Assembly: GCA_964016885.1 (NCBI GenBank) | Contig: OZ024742.1 | Span: 368,218,001-368,282,000 of the forward strand | DNA length: 64,000 nucleotides | Source of the DNA: Eledone cirrhosa | Taxonomy: Eukaryota | Direction of reading: 5' to 3' | Shown: positions 41,701 to 53,983 of the stretch, piece after piece | Layout: each line of letters opens with the position of its first letter | How positions within the stretch are numbered: position 1 is the first letter of the stretch | Position numbers and translations under genes: made by a program | The notes under the pieces: generated by a model | What the model was told of the DNA's origin: nothing | Databases searched by the model: none | What the model saw: only the letters and a program-made list of their open reading frames with translations

Positions 41701-44500
41701 TCGTGGACAGCTTAACATCTCCTTGTCCCTTTCTCTAATGAAGAACCTATCTAAATACGATCTAGATGTCCAGCTGCGGTTTACCCACGTCCACTGTGGT
41801 GCAGTCGGGAAATCCAGTCGATACCTATCGGCCAGTTGGAATTGGCCGATTAAAGTTTTGAGGCTGTTGCACCCCGCTCTACTGGGACATGCTCCCACAT
41901 AGTCCCATCGTGCATCTAGGATACCATTCCAGTCCCCCACTAAAAGTAAGGAACGAGACGTTCCCAGAAAAGACTCTAGACGCTTAAAGAAGTCTGGCCG
42001 TGATTGCGATTGCCCGGTCGGGGCATAAACGGCCACCAGTCTGAAGGCTCCACCTCCAATACTGTTCACGTCTAGGACTACCAGTCTACCCTCCGGGTCC
42101 AAGAGTACTTGTTGTACTTCGACGTCCAGGTTCTTCCGAAAGATGACAGCCACTCCACCTCCACCCCCTGGCTGACAGAGAGATTCGTAGATCTCAAAGT
42201 CGTCGAAGATGGGGGTTAGTTGCTACCTGTTGTGGATCCTGGACTCGGTGATGGCTAGCACATCCATACGGTGTGACCTAAGGTCGTTTAAAAGTTGGCC
42301 CTATTTCCAGGGCATCCCTAGGCCACGCACATTTACGGTTCCAACTCGTAAACTAGCCATGTTGGTGAAGAAGAGTTGAAGAAAAAGGACGAAAGGTGCA
42401 CTTACCTTTTCGTTTCCTGGGGATCGTGTGGTTCAATCTCCATTTGGGTGCTGGATGGGGTGTTGGGTTGGGTGGGGAAACATTTTAACAGGACGCGGTT
42501 GATGGGTTTTTGGCAGGGGTTGCCCACGTCCTGTGAACATTTATTTTTCAGGTCATTATAGGTTTCCATAGAAACCCTTATAAGTTTAAGGTGTGGAGAC
42601 GGTTCTGCCTTGACGAAAGTTTTGCCCTCCGTCTCCACCTTGGGGTTTTGGGAGATGACCTCCATCAAACTCTTGTTGTTTGTGTTGATGTATGCGTATT
42701 GTTGTTTGTGTTTTTGTTGTGTTGTTTTAGTTTGTTGTTCGTCCGGGAGTTTTCTTTTTATGGTGGGTGCTTGTGTTTGGGGTGGTGTTGGTGTTGGTTT
42801 TGCTGGTAGGGGGATGTTTGACTGTGATGTTGTTTGTGTTTTTGTTTGTGTCTGTGGTTGTGTGTTGGTGTTGGTGATTGGAGTTTTGGGGGTTTTGTGG
42901 TGTCTCTTTTTTTGTTTTTTTTAGATTTCCGCGGCTCTCTCTCTTCTTCACTTAAAGAAGGAGAAGCAGCCTCATCTGTCGATGAATAATCATCGTCAGG
43001 AGTGTGGGGTAGGGGTGTGTTGTGTGGTGGTAGTGTTTCGGTGTGTGTGTTTGTGGTAGTGTTTGATGGAGTGGGATGGGGTGGGGTAGTGTTCTTCAGG
43101 GGTGTTGTCTCTGTTTTTTCTGTTGTTGTTGGTTGAGTGGCTGTTTGTTTTGGTGTGGTTGCTCGTTTCGTCTGTTGTTGTAATTGTGGTGCTGGTGGTT
43201 GTTTTGGTGTTGGTAATACTGTTTTTTAATGATGTTGTTGTGATGTGTTTGTGAAGGACAGGGGGCTTTTAGGTGTACTGTGCTACCACAGCGAAAGCAA
43301 TTAAATTTTCGTCCTTCTACCGAAATATTTATTTTGTTGTTGTCGTCGATGACGACTTTTTCGGGTATTTTGGAGATTCTCTCCGGCCTCATTTGCAACA
43401 GAATCTCCAAATCAGTACCCGCCCACCTTTGTCGAATAGAGTTTCGTATTGAAAGAATCATATCAGTTTCTGGCTCTACGAAGCCAGCCAAGATCCACCA
43501 GATGTTAATGTTTGGTGGTATATTTTTAATTTTTATTTTTTGTATCCTTTTTCCCATGTATGTAGGGAAAAAGGTGAATGCTTTTGACACCATTAGTGTC
43601 ACAGAATGTTTTGGGACGAGTGCCTTGCTTTTAAACAGTACGGAAACGCTTCCGTACGGAAACACTTTCGATATTTGCTAGAATTTCCTTCAGGGTATCT
43701 TCTATATCTCCTTCACTAACAAATATCGGCTTTCTCGTGATATTGGATACAGTACTAAAGGTCACTGTCCTCCGAACTGTGTCTTCTTTTATTTCGAGGG
43801 GTGAGTTAATTCTAAACCCACCCTTGTCTTCGAAAGTTACAAATTTTCTTCTTTGCTGGAGCATATCTCTTGCATTGGAGATGTCAAGATTTATAAAATC
43901 TTGTTTTTTGTTCACTGTTTCAGCAAAATACATTTTTTTTGTGTGGTGTTGCTGTTGTTGTTGTTGTTGTTTTTCTTGTCGCTGTTAGCCTCGGTGTTGG
44001 AAATGTCAGTTCCTTGACGAGGTGAAACATTATGTGTAGATGTATCTGTGGAGTTGTTGATGTTGTTTTTTTTCATGTGTATGTATATTAATGGGTTTAA
44101 TTCCTGTGATTTCATTTTTCTCCGCTTCCACGGTAGAAATTGTACAATTTTCATGTGGTAATATTTTTTCCCTTTTGTTGACAGTCGTATCTATGGCGAC
44201 GTCTATAGTAGCAGAAGCAGATATAACGTTAATATCTGCTTCTTTACCTCTCTTTTCTCTGTCGACGTTCTCTAGCGTTCTTTTCGTGTTATTCATGTTT
44301 TATAGTTGGCAAAATTTGATATTTTAAAATAATTTTTAAATTAAATTTTCGCCCCTAAAGGGGAGAAAAATGGGATTACCACCCAGCTGACAATTCAACT
44401 TGGGGGTTAATCTACAAAATAATATGTTTTTTCAAACAAATTGTTCTGTTTTTCGTATATAAATTTAAAGAAAATCTTACCGGCGATGTTCCACGCGTCA
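38719..44500 (-). mobile_element. Tx1-clade copy E, full length but decayed (divergent family)
   Basis: ORF2 fragments 38956-42360 (EN, RT, zf) and ORF1 fragments 42402-44296 (CFRCGSTVHLKAPC), with many frameshifts. GATA tracts on both sides. Confidence 0.92.
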
Positions 44501-44556
44501 GACAGATAGAGAGATAGATAGATAGATAAATAGATAGATAGATAGATAGATAGATA

Positions 44557-46168
44557 AGTTTCTTTTATTTGCCACTAGGGCATCAAAAGTGGGACAAGTA
44601 CAAAGGGGGGAGTTTACACAAAAAGGCGTCCTCAATAAGGAGGAGGCAATAACAAAATATAAAAATAAAATAAGATATAACAAAAAATAAAATTTTTAAC
44701 AAAATCCTCAATAGAGAGGAGGCGCCTTGGGGGGTCGCACACACCCCCGAAAAAGGTGTGCAACCCTTCTCCTCAGGAGCACAGAGAAGGGGTGCTCCCT
44801 TGGTCTTTCATCTTCCTCACCTATAGTCTGATGTAGAGTGAAGGCCCATTCACACGGGCCATTCTCGCCACTTTCACCCATCTTTCATAGAAACGGCTGG
44901 GGTGCAGCACCTCTCTCTCCATCCTGATCCTTCTTCCGAAATGATATCGGAAGAAACGGACCAGTTGTTGGCCAGAGAGAAAGGTGCCCGACCTCAGTCC
45001 TTTCAGACGCGTCCACCATACAACCTCTTTCGCCATGGCTATTACGCACAGAAACACCGCCTCTGTTTCATCTTTGAAGGGGGGAGGCGGCTTGATCATT
45101 ACAATAGACTCGGTGGTCAACCGGATCGGTCCCACCCTTGACAGCAGTTGTTCGACATAGCCCCACAGATCGGCTACGCCCGAGCAGTGTACCAATGCGT
45201 GTGCAACGGTTTCCTCGTCGCACACGCATCTGGGACAGATCTTTTTGGCGGGGTCCCTACCCGGGCGCCCGTGTCTGTAGAGCCTTTCTCGAACGGGTAA
45301 AGCCCCTCGGTAGCACTGCCAGGCCAGGGACTTCTGGAAGTTGTCCATAGGTCCCGGGCTGAATGTCCTACCGAACAGGCTGGCCAGTTCGTCCTCCTCC
45401 ATGTCTAGGGCTTCTCCGAGGGCGTCGTCGCACCTGCTGCGCACCAGCCCTCTATAGAATGTTGCGGTGGAGTCTCCACTGATAACCAGATCCGCCTGCC
45501 AGAGGGCGGTGAGCGCCTGGGCACACTCAGTGTGCCAGGCGCCCAGTTTTCTCGGTCTTTGCTTGACCCAGGATTGCAGCTCGGTGAGTGAGACGAGTCT
45601 GGGAAAGGTTCGTCTCACAAACGAGGCCCACACCGGTTGTCCGGTGAGGAATACGTAGAGGTGCCGTAGCCTTAATGCGTGTTTACGCATCATTAGCCAC
45701 GGCATCCCCAGCCCTCCTTTCGAAGGGTGTTGACAGCAGATGGATCTCCTCACCATAGGAGCCCGCCTCTTCCAAAGGAATTGGAAGAGCGCGCGCTCCA
45801 TCTTGGTGAGGGTTTCCCTTGGGCAGGGCACTACGGTCAGGCGGTAGTAGATGACGGACGCTATGTAGGTGTTCGCCACCTCCGCCCGACCTTTCAGGGA
45901 TAGTTTGCAACTGGCCCACTTCTGGGTCAGTGCAAACACCCTGTTCGTAACCTCCGCCCAGTTTTTCTCCACCTGGAGGTCCGGTCCGAACCAGACCCCG
46001 AGCAACTTCACCGGGCCCTCCGTCCAGCGTCCGACGACGCTATCGGAGGGCATCGGTCTGCCCCTCCACGTGCCGAGTTGCAAACCGATCGACTTGTCCC
46101 GGTTCAGCTTAGCCCCTGTGAACTTTTCGTACTCCTCCAGTAAGGTGCCGACCGCCTCGATTTCGGAG
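44557..46168 (-). mobile_element. Tx1-clade copy F, 5'-truncated, nearly identical to the 3' part of D
   Basis: The 3' UTR and ORF2 C-terminus match D almost base for base. Between GATA tracts 44501-44556 and 46168-46215. Confidence 0.93.
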
Positions 46169-46172
46169 ATAG

Positions 46173-46203
<31 letters not shown>

Positions 46204-46215
46204 GATAGATAGATA

Positions 46216-47195
46216 TGTTTCTTTTATTTGCCAGCAGGGCATCAAAAGTGGGACAAGTACAATGGGGGGAGTTTACAAAACAAGGCGTCCTCAATAAGGA
46301 GGAGGCAATAACAATATATAAAAATAAAATAAAATATAACAAAAAATAAAATTTATAACAAAGTCCTCAATAGCGAGGAGGCGCCTTGGGTGGTCGCACA
46401 CACCCCCGAAAAAAGTGTGCAACCCTTCTCCTCAGGAGCACATAGAAGGGATGCTCCCTTAGTCTTTCATCTTCCTCACCTATAGTCTGATGTAGAGTGA
46501 AGGCCCATTCACACGGGCCATTCTCGCCACTTTCACCCATCTTTCATAGAAACGGCTGGGGTGCAGCACCTCTCTCTCCATCCTGCCTTCTTCCGAAATG
46601 ATATCGGAAGAAACAGACCAGTTGTTGGCCAGAGAGAAAGGTGTCTGACCTCAGTCCTTTCAGACGCGTCCACCATACAACCTCTTTCGCCATGGCTATT
46701 ACGCACAGAAACACCGCCTCTCCTTCGTTTTTGAAGAGGGGAGGCGGCTTGATCGTTACAATAGACTCGGTGGTCAACCGGATCGGTCCCACCCTTGACA
46801 GCAGTTGTTCGACATAGCCCCACAGATCGGCAATGCCCGAGCAGTGTACCAATGCGTGTGCAACGGTTTCCTCGTCGCACACGCATCTGGGACAGATCTT
46901 TTTCGATGGGTCCCTACCCGGGCGCCCGTGTCTGTAGAGCCTTTCTCGAACGGGCAGAGCCCTTCTGTAGCATTGCCAGGCCAGGGACCTCTGGATGTTA
47001 TCCATGGGTCCCGGGCTGAATGTCCTACCGAACAGGTTGGCCAGTTCGTCTTCCTCCATGCATAGGGCTTCTCCGAGGGCGTCGTCGCACCTGCTAACCA
47101 CCAGCCCTCTATAGAATGACGAGGTGGATTCTCCACTGACAGCCGGGTCCGCCTGCCAGAGAGCCGTGAGCGCCTGGGCACACTCGGTGTGCCAG
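46216..47195 (-). mobile_element. Tx1-clade copy G, 5'-truncated (A-like ORF2 end, D-like 3' UTR)
   Basis: Shares copy A diagnostic variants (WQCYRRALP, KPPPLFKNEGEAV). Flanked by GATA tracts. Confidence 0.9.
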
Positions 47196-47220
47196 AGATA
47201 GATAGATAGATAGATAGATA

Positions 47221-47935
47221 AATTTCTTTATTAGCCACAAGGGCACAAAAGAAGGGGACAAATACAAATGGGGAGTTTACATACCGGTATATGAAAATAA
47301 AACTATTAATAAAATAACAAATAACAATTGAAATCCCCAATAAATGTACAACCCTCATCTCCAGGAGCACCAAGAGTGAGTACACCCTTCCTCTCTTCCT
47401 CTTTTTCCTCAACCTACAGGCTTATATAGAGAGAAGGCCCAACCACTCGGGCCATCTTTGCCATATTCACCCACCTTTCATAAAATTTGCTGGGGTACAG
47501 CACCTCTCTCTCCATCCTGATTCTTCTACCAAAATGATATTTGAAAAAACGAATCAGTTGCTCGCCGAAGAGAAAGGTGTCTGACCTCAGCCCTTTAAAC
47601 CTCGTCCACCATATAACCTCTTTCACCATAGCCATAACACATAGGAAAACCGCCTCGCCCTCGTTTTTGAAGGAGGGTGGCGGTTTGATCGTGACAATGG
47701 ACTCGGTGGTCAACTGGATTAGTCCCACTCGCGAAAATAGTCGTTCTACATAGCCCCACAGGTCGGTAACGCCCGGGCAGTGTACAAATACCTAGTTTCT
47801 CTGAGCGTGTCGTCGCACTTGCTGCGGACCAACCCTCTATAGAATGTCGAAGTGGAGTCTCTACTGGGCGACGGGTCCGTTTGCCAGAGGACTGTGAGCG
47901 CCTGAGCACATTCGATGTGCCAGTCGCCCATTTTC
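47221..47935 (-). mobile_element. Tx1-clade copy H, 5'-truncated (B family, with deletions)
   Basis: The ORF2 C-terminus (...VVGPSLYISL*) and 3' UTR match copy B. Confidence 0.9.
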
Positions 47936-47944
47936 CATATATAT

Positions 47945-48720
<776 letters not shown>

Positions 48721-48756
48721 GAATTCTCAAAGTCATTAAATATAGATAGATAGATA

Positions 48757-49040
48757 TCTTTCTTTATTTGCCACAGGGGCGTACAAAAATGGGACATTAC
48801 ACGACGTGACGGTGGGGCCTTTACATAAAAATCATATAACTTTCACATTAATAAATAACAATAAACTATATATAATAAAATAACAATTGAAATCCCCAAT
48901 AGGGGGGAACGTTACTGCAGGGTTGTTTTACACCCCGTGGAGAGAACAACCCTCAACACCAGGAACAAGTTTTGTAGGTGTTCCTGTCTTCCCTCTGTTC
49001 ATCTTCCTCAACCTACAGGTTTATATACAGAGAAGGCCCA
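48757..49040 (-). mobile_element. Tx1-clade copy I (3' UTR plus last ~9 codons of ORF2; another family)
   Basis: GPSLYINL* then a 3' UTR ending GCCCCTGTGGCAAATAAAG. Short GATA tracts at 48743-48756 and 49041-49058. Confidence 0.85.
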
Positions 49041-49404
49041 GATAGATAGACAGATAGACCTGCAACTCTAATATTTACACACAACCATACACTAACATAG
49101 ACAGGTTGTACTTCCTGTCTCAGACCTGGTGCTACAACAAGTTGGCTTTCCAGTAACAATGTCCTGGCTTCTAACACTACATTTAAAAATAGTTCCTCTT
49201 TTAATATTGAGTCAGTTTTATGCTGAATATTTAGGAAATTAACTAGAAATAAATTACCAAAATATTTATTCTCCTTCAAATGAATTCTCAAAGTCATTAA
49301 TTAACGTAAACTATAGGCTTTCTCTTATGCAAACCATTAATTTTAGCAAGCCAGAAATTTGCCAGTTTGTCTGGTCCGTATATAGTCCTGGTATGTTATA
49401 ACAA

Positions 49405-49485
49405 TCTTTCATCCTTACGAGGTCGATAAAATAAAGTACCAGTAATGTACTGGGTAATTTCTGGCCTTGTGCCAATAGTAGAAAC
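49405..49485 (+). mobile_element. SINE body/3' fragment
   Basis: CTTTCATCCTTACGAGGTCGATAAAATAAAGTACCAG, similar to 12555-12620. Confidence 0.55.
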
Positions 49486-49558
49486 AGTTATAACAATCTT
49501 GGACTCCAACATTTAAATACATTTACCACTATTGCTGTCATTATTGATGACAAAAGCT

Positions 49559-49606
<48 letters not shown>

Positions 49607-49613
<7 letters not shown>

Positions 49614-50254
49614 GGAGAAAATGAAACGAAATTTTATTTCCCACTCTTAGTACGGCTGTTACTTAAATATAAGTATGTACACGTACATACATATATGTAT
49701 ACAGACGTACAGTAGTATGTATATATATATACATACATGCAGACATATATATATATGTACGTACGGATTCACCGAACATCTATTATAATGCTCGGTGTGT
49801 TTGTAAACAAACATCCCGTATTAAGCCGTACATACTTATATTTAAGTAACAGCCGTACTAAGAGTGGGAAATGAAATTTCGTTTCATTTTTTCCGTTTAT
49901 CGTTTTCGGTGCACCCGGCCGATTAACCCACTCAATATGCAAATTGGGCTACTCAACCGTTAATATGCATAAGGTAAGTATATACGTTCAACAATCTGGC
50001 AGGAAGGTATACGTTGCTGACGATAGCTAATAAGCTTGAAACTGGTACAGCGTTCCTTTGTCAGTGTTGAACAAACGAGCAACGATGGTTGCTGGACACT
50101 ACGGCTTAATATGGGATGTTTGTTTACAAACACACCGAGCATTGTAATAAATGTTCGGTGAATCCCTACGTACATATATATGTGTGCATGTATGTATATA
50201 TATATATACATACTACTGTACGTCTGTATACATATATGTATGTACGTGTACATA

Positions 50255-50260
<6 letters not shown>
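49607..50260. mobile_element. Penelope pLTR/retrozyme-like element family Y copy 2
   Basis: The forward unit 49831-50260 starts and ends with CATACTTATA. 49607-49830 is an inverted copy spanning the unit's end-to-start junction. Confidence 0.78.
50011..50053 (+). ncRNA. Minimal type I hammerhead ribozyme
   Basis: ACGTTG-CTGACGA-tAGCT aata AGCTt-GAAAC TG GT-A-CAGCGT. Stem I changes relative to the 48322 copy keep pairing (A-T to T.G). Confidence 0.8.
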
Positions 50261-50325
<65 letters not shown>

Positions 50326-50429
50326 ATAGTACTCAAATATCAGGAGACTTAGCTGCCAAAAATCAGTGAAAATCTGAAAAAAAACTTTGACTCACCATAG
50401 TAAGATACATTGTTGCTTTTGAAGTTTGT

Positions 50430-50615
50430 TGATGGATCTCCGTCGGTTACGACGATGAATGTTCCATTTGTTCGATCAACAGCCAGCCTGCTCGTTAAAT
50501 TAACGTGTATCAGACTTAGTACAGATATATGTACAGTTAACGTAGTTCTGGGGGTACTCAGAGTGACAAGAGGGGCTAACAAATTACTGTATACCCTTTA
50601 AATTATAAGTACAGT
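50430..50615 (-). mobile_element. Degenerate SINE fragment (octopod-type, from recall)
   Basis: GATCAAC...CAGCCTGCTCGTTAAATTAACGTG...TTAACGTAGTTCTGGGGG resembles an abundant Octopus SINE as I recall it. Not database-verified. Confidence 0.5.
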
Positions 50616-51179
50616 CCATCTTGTTCCATACTGTAAGGGGTTGAGCCCTTCACATACACTCTACATTCGTTGTCAATCATGTTTAATGTACAAAGAAAAT
50701 TGTCGCAGGAATGTTACCAATTAAAATAACATTTCACCGGAGATAGATTAACAAAACTGGATGGGGGGGGGGGGGCTGGAATAAGATAGGGGAGGGTGGT
50801 GTAAGAGGGGGAGAGGTGGTAACATTCTGAAATTATAATAAGTGGAGTGACGGACAATTGGAGACCTGAGAGTTGTGACATTCTCTTAATTCGAGAGAAG
50901 TCTGTTCCCTTTCTAGAACAACTGAAAAATTCATCATCGAAACTGATGGAGGCTTACTCTATCTGTTTAGTGTTCTTTACACTATTATTTAGTCCAATAA
51001 ACAATATCGATGACATATACCTATTGATATCCAGATGAGAAAAACTGACCTTCTAATATGGAAGTTTCTCACTGATGTGTAAACAAAGTTTTACAACTCT
51101 TAAGACCAGCTTAGAATTACTGAAGCTGATATATAGCAAATATTGAATGTACTGCTACACTGTGTTACTGTATTGGCTG

Positions 51180-51340
51180 TGTTGAATGTTGGGTGTGTTG
51201 GGTGTGTTGGGTGTTGGGTGTGTTGGGTGTTAGGTAGGTGTGTTGTGTGTTAGGTGTGTTAGGTGTGTTAGGTGTTGGGTGTGTTAGGTGTGTTGGGTGT
51301 GTTCTGTGTTGGGTGGGTTAGGTGTGTGTGTGTGTGTGTT
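51180..51340. repeat. Degenerate (GTGTTGG/GTGTTAG)n simple repeat
   Basis: Direct inspection. Confidence 0.8.
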
Positions 51341-51389
51341 GACAGTTCAAGGCGACAACAAACGGAGGTACAAAAGTCTTAGTTTCATG

Positions 51390-52145
51390 CTTTATATTGA
51401 AAAAAGGAAAGAAAGTTGGACGTGTCGGGCTTAAGTCCTTCTTCAGGAGTACAAATAGAGAAGGGGTGAGAATGGAGAAACAGAGAGAAGGTCCAGTAAA
51501 GACACAAAAATATCGAAAATGAAGATGGTAAACAAGGTAGTCATGGTAACGAGTAGAAACGCAAAGGGGAGCTCGTGTGTGTGTGTATATGTATGGTTAT
51601 ATGTGTGAGTGTAAGTGATAGTTTAAATGTGTGTGATAGTAAAGGTATATTGTGTAAAGTAACAAAGATAGTGAGTGTATGTGTATATCGATGTGGTAGT
51701 GGACATGTATGTGGAAGTGAATGTAAGTTTGAATGTGTGTACTGTGTATGTGTGTTTGTATAAAGTATATGTAGTATAGCGTATGTCCGTGAGAAGAGTG
51801 GATTAGTATGTGTGAGTGTATGATAAATTATAACGTGTGTATATATGTTGAAGTTTATAATGTGTACGTGAAAAGTATCTAACTGTGATATGTAAGGGTG
51901 TATGTATTAACGAGTATGTGTCATAGGATAAAGGACGTAGTATAGTGTGTGATAGAGAGTATATGACAGAGAAGATTAAAGATGCGTGGCGCATTAAGGT
52001 GAGGGGGAAGAAAAGTTTGTAAGGAGAAAATAAGTTGCTGTTCTCTCCGCCAGCGGGATTTAGATGTTCCGGCACGATGTGCGAGCTCGAAGACACAGAG
52101 GTTACGTGTGGAGTGGCCCGCGGATCAAAAATATCAGGAGATCCG
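51390..52145 (-). mobile_element. Penelope-like element 3' relic (GIY-YIG C-terminal fragment + pLTR with degenerate hammerhead)
   Basis: Minus-strand translation of ~52135-51990 gives SAGHSTRNLCVFELAH...SRWRREQQLIFSLQTFLP, resembling the PLE GIY-YIG tail. Downstream CTGAAGAAGGACTTAAGCCCGACACGTC (51446-51419) is a hammerhead with one core mutation. Confidence 0.65.
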
Positions 52146-52151
52146 ACATAT

Positions 52152-52172
52152 GTCTCTCTCCCTCTCTCTATA

Positions 52173-52209
<37 letters not shown>

Positions 52210-52271
52210 CTTTCTCTATCTATCTATCTCTCTCTTTCTCTATCTATCTATCTCTCTCTCTCTCTCTCTCC

Positions 52272-52335
<64 letters not shown>
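52152..52335. repeat. (TCTA)n/(TC)n/(TA)n compound microsatellite
   Basis: Direct inspection. Confidence 0.9.
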
Positions 52336-52337
<2 letters not shown>

Positions 52338-52614
52338 TAAACGGACGGTAGTCCGTTTAGTAATATTGTTGTGGTCGTGTTTTCGTTGGCAATCGTCTGT
52401 TTACGACAGTACAGCGCGGCTCTACTTTATTTAACTGAGATAAAACTTATATGAGCATGAACAGTAGATCATTACGCATCTTTTGGCTTAAAAATCTAGA
52501 AATTTGGTCCAGCGGGAAAAAGTTTATAATCAAAGTTTGCTGATAAATCTTGTGTTCAAGTGAGTGAGTAGTAAGCGTGACGCTAGGGGAGGTAATCCAG
52601 AAATGACGACGTTT

Positions 52615-53135
52615 GGAATATGTATATTTGTGTACGTCGCCATATATGTATGTATATGTGTATATGTATATTTGTGTATGTCGCAATATATGTATGTATG
52701 TGTGTATATGTATATTTGTGTACGTCGCCATATATGTATGTATGTGTGTATATGTATATTTGTGTATGTCGCAATATATGTATGTGTGTATATGTATATT
52801 TGTGTACGTCGCCATATATGTATGTATGTATGTGTGTGTATGTATATTTGTGTATGTCGCCATATATGTATGTATGTGTATATGTATATTTGTGTACGTC
52901 GCCATATATGTTTGTATGTATGTGTGTATATGTATATTTGTGTACGTCGCCATATATGTATGTATGTATGTATGTGTATATGTATATTTGTGTACGTCGC
53001 CATATATGCAGTATGTATGTGTGTATATGTATATTTGTTTATGTCGCGATATATGTATGTATGTATGTGTGTATGTGTGTATATGTATATTTGTGTATGT
53101 CGCCATATATGTGTGTATGTATGTATGTGTGTATC
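52615..53135. repeat. Minisatellite, variable ~36-48 bp unit TATGTATATTTGTGTAYGTCGCCATA(TATG)n, about 12 copies
   Basis: Recurrent GTCGCCATA core separated by variable TATG/TG tracts. Confidence 0.85.
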
Positions 53136-53983
53136 GGGCTCACATACATTCTCTGTGCGTGATTTGGCTCAGCTCAGCCAATCAGCGCCAGTAGAAGAGG
53201 ATGTATCCCTACGCGTTCGGAGGGAGAAATAGCCCGCAAAGATTTGAGGACGCTATCACTTCCAGGCTAGACCGTGTTAGGGTAAACAACACTTGTTCTT
53301 TTGCTCCGTAAGCACAAACAATATGTAACGGCAAAACATTACCTACGAGCCTGACCAAACGTATTTTCTCTTGTAATCTTAATTGAATTATTTCATTATT
53401 CTTGGCATGCCAGCTTAATTCACTTCTTAACCTTTATTAATAAATAATGTAAAAAGAAGCTAAAATTCGTTGTCGATATTCCTATCGTATCTTTCTACCA
53501 AACCTGGTTCCTCGTGGCAACAACACAACAACTCTCTAAATATTCTTCTCCGCTAAATTCGAATTTATACCTAAACCAAATTGGTGACAATATATCTACA
53601 CCAAATGTGTGACCCTCGACGATTAAGTATGAAAACGCAGCCTATTTGAATTCGCCAGTCGTTTTAACGGAAATGTGGAGTGGCTTAACATTTGGAATAT
53701 TCGAATCGGGTTTCTAGACTCGCTTAGCGTAAGTCCATAAAATTCATAATATTCCATTTGTTGAAGCACGCGACCTACACAATATTTCTGTTATAACTTT
53801 CATGGTAACACAAGTAACTCACGCATACAGACGAACACAAAAATACTACACAAAAGAAAGAGTTTTTTCGACGTCTAACAAAAAGTTTCTCTTTTGGATT
53901 GAAAATTATTATTGCGAGCATAGTTTGATAAAAACAAAAAAAAAAAGAATTAAAAAAAAAAGAATTTCTCTGGATATAGAATT

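Noticed and set aside
22542-47065. Numerous short + strand ORFs within the Tx1 array
   Set aside because: They are antisense shadows of the GC-rich ORF2 and ORF1.
50847-51038. Possible host exon (63-aa ORF)
   Set aside because: No recognisable domain or convincing splice context.
51180-51340. Interstitial telomeric repeat
   Set aside because: Units are GTGTTGG/GTGTTAG, not tandem TTAGGG or TTAGG.
52447-53232. Tyr/His/Ile-rich ORFs
   Set aside because: They are translations of the minisatellite.
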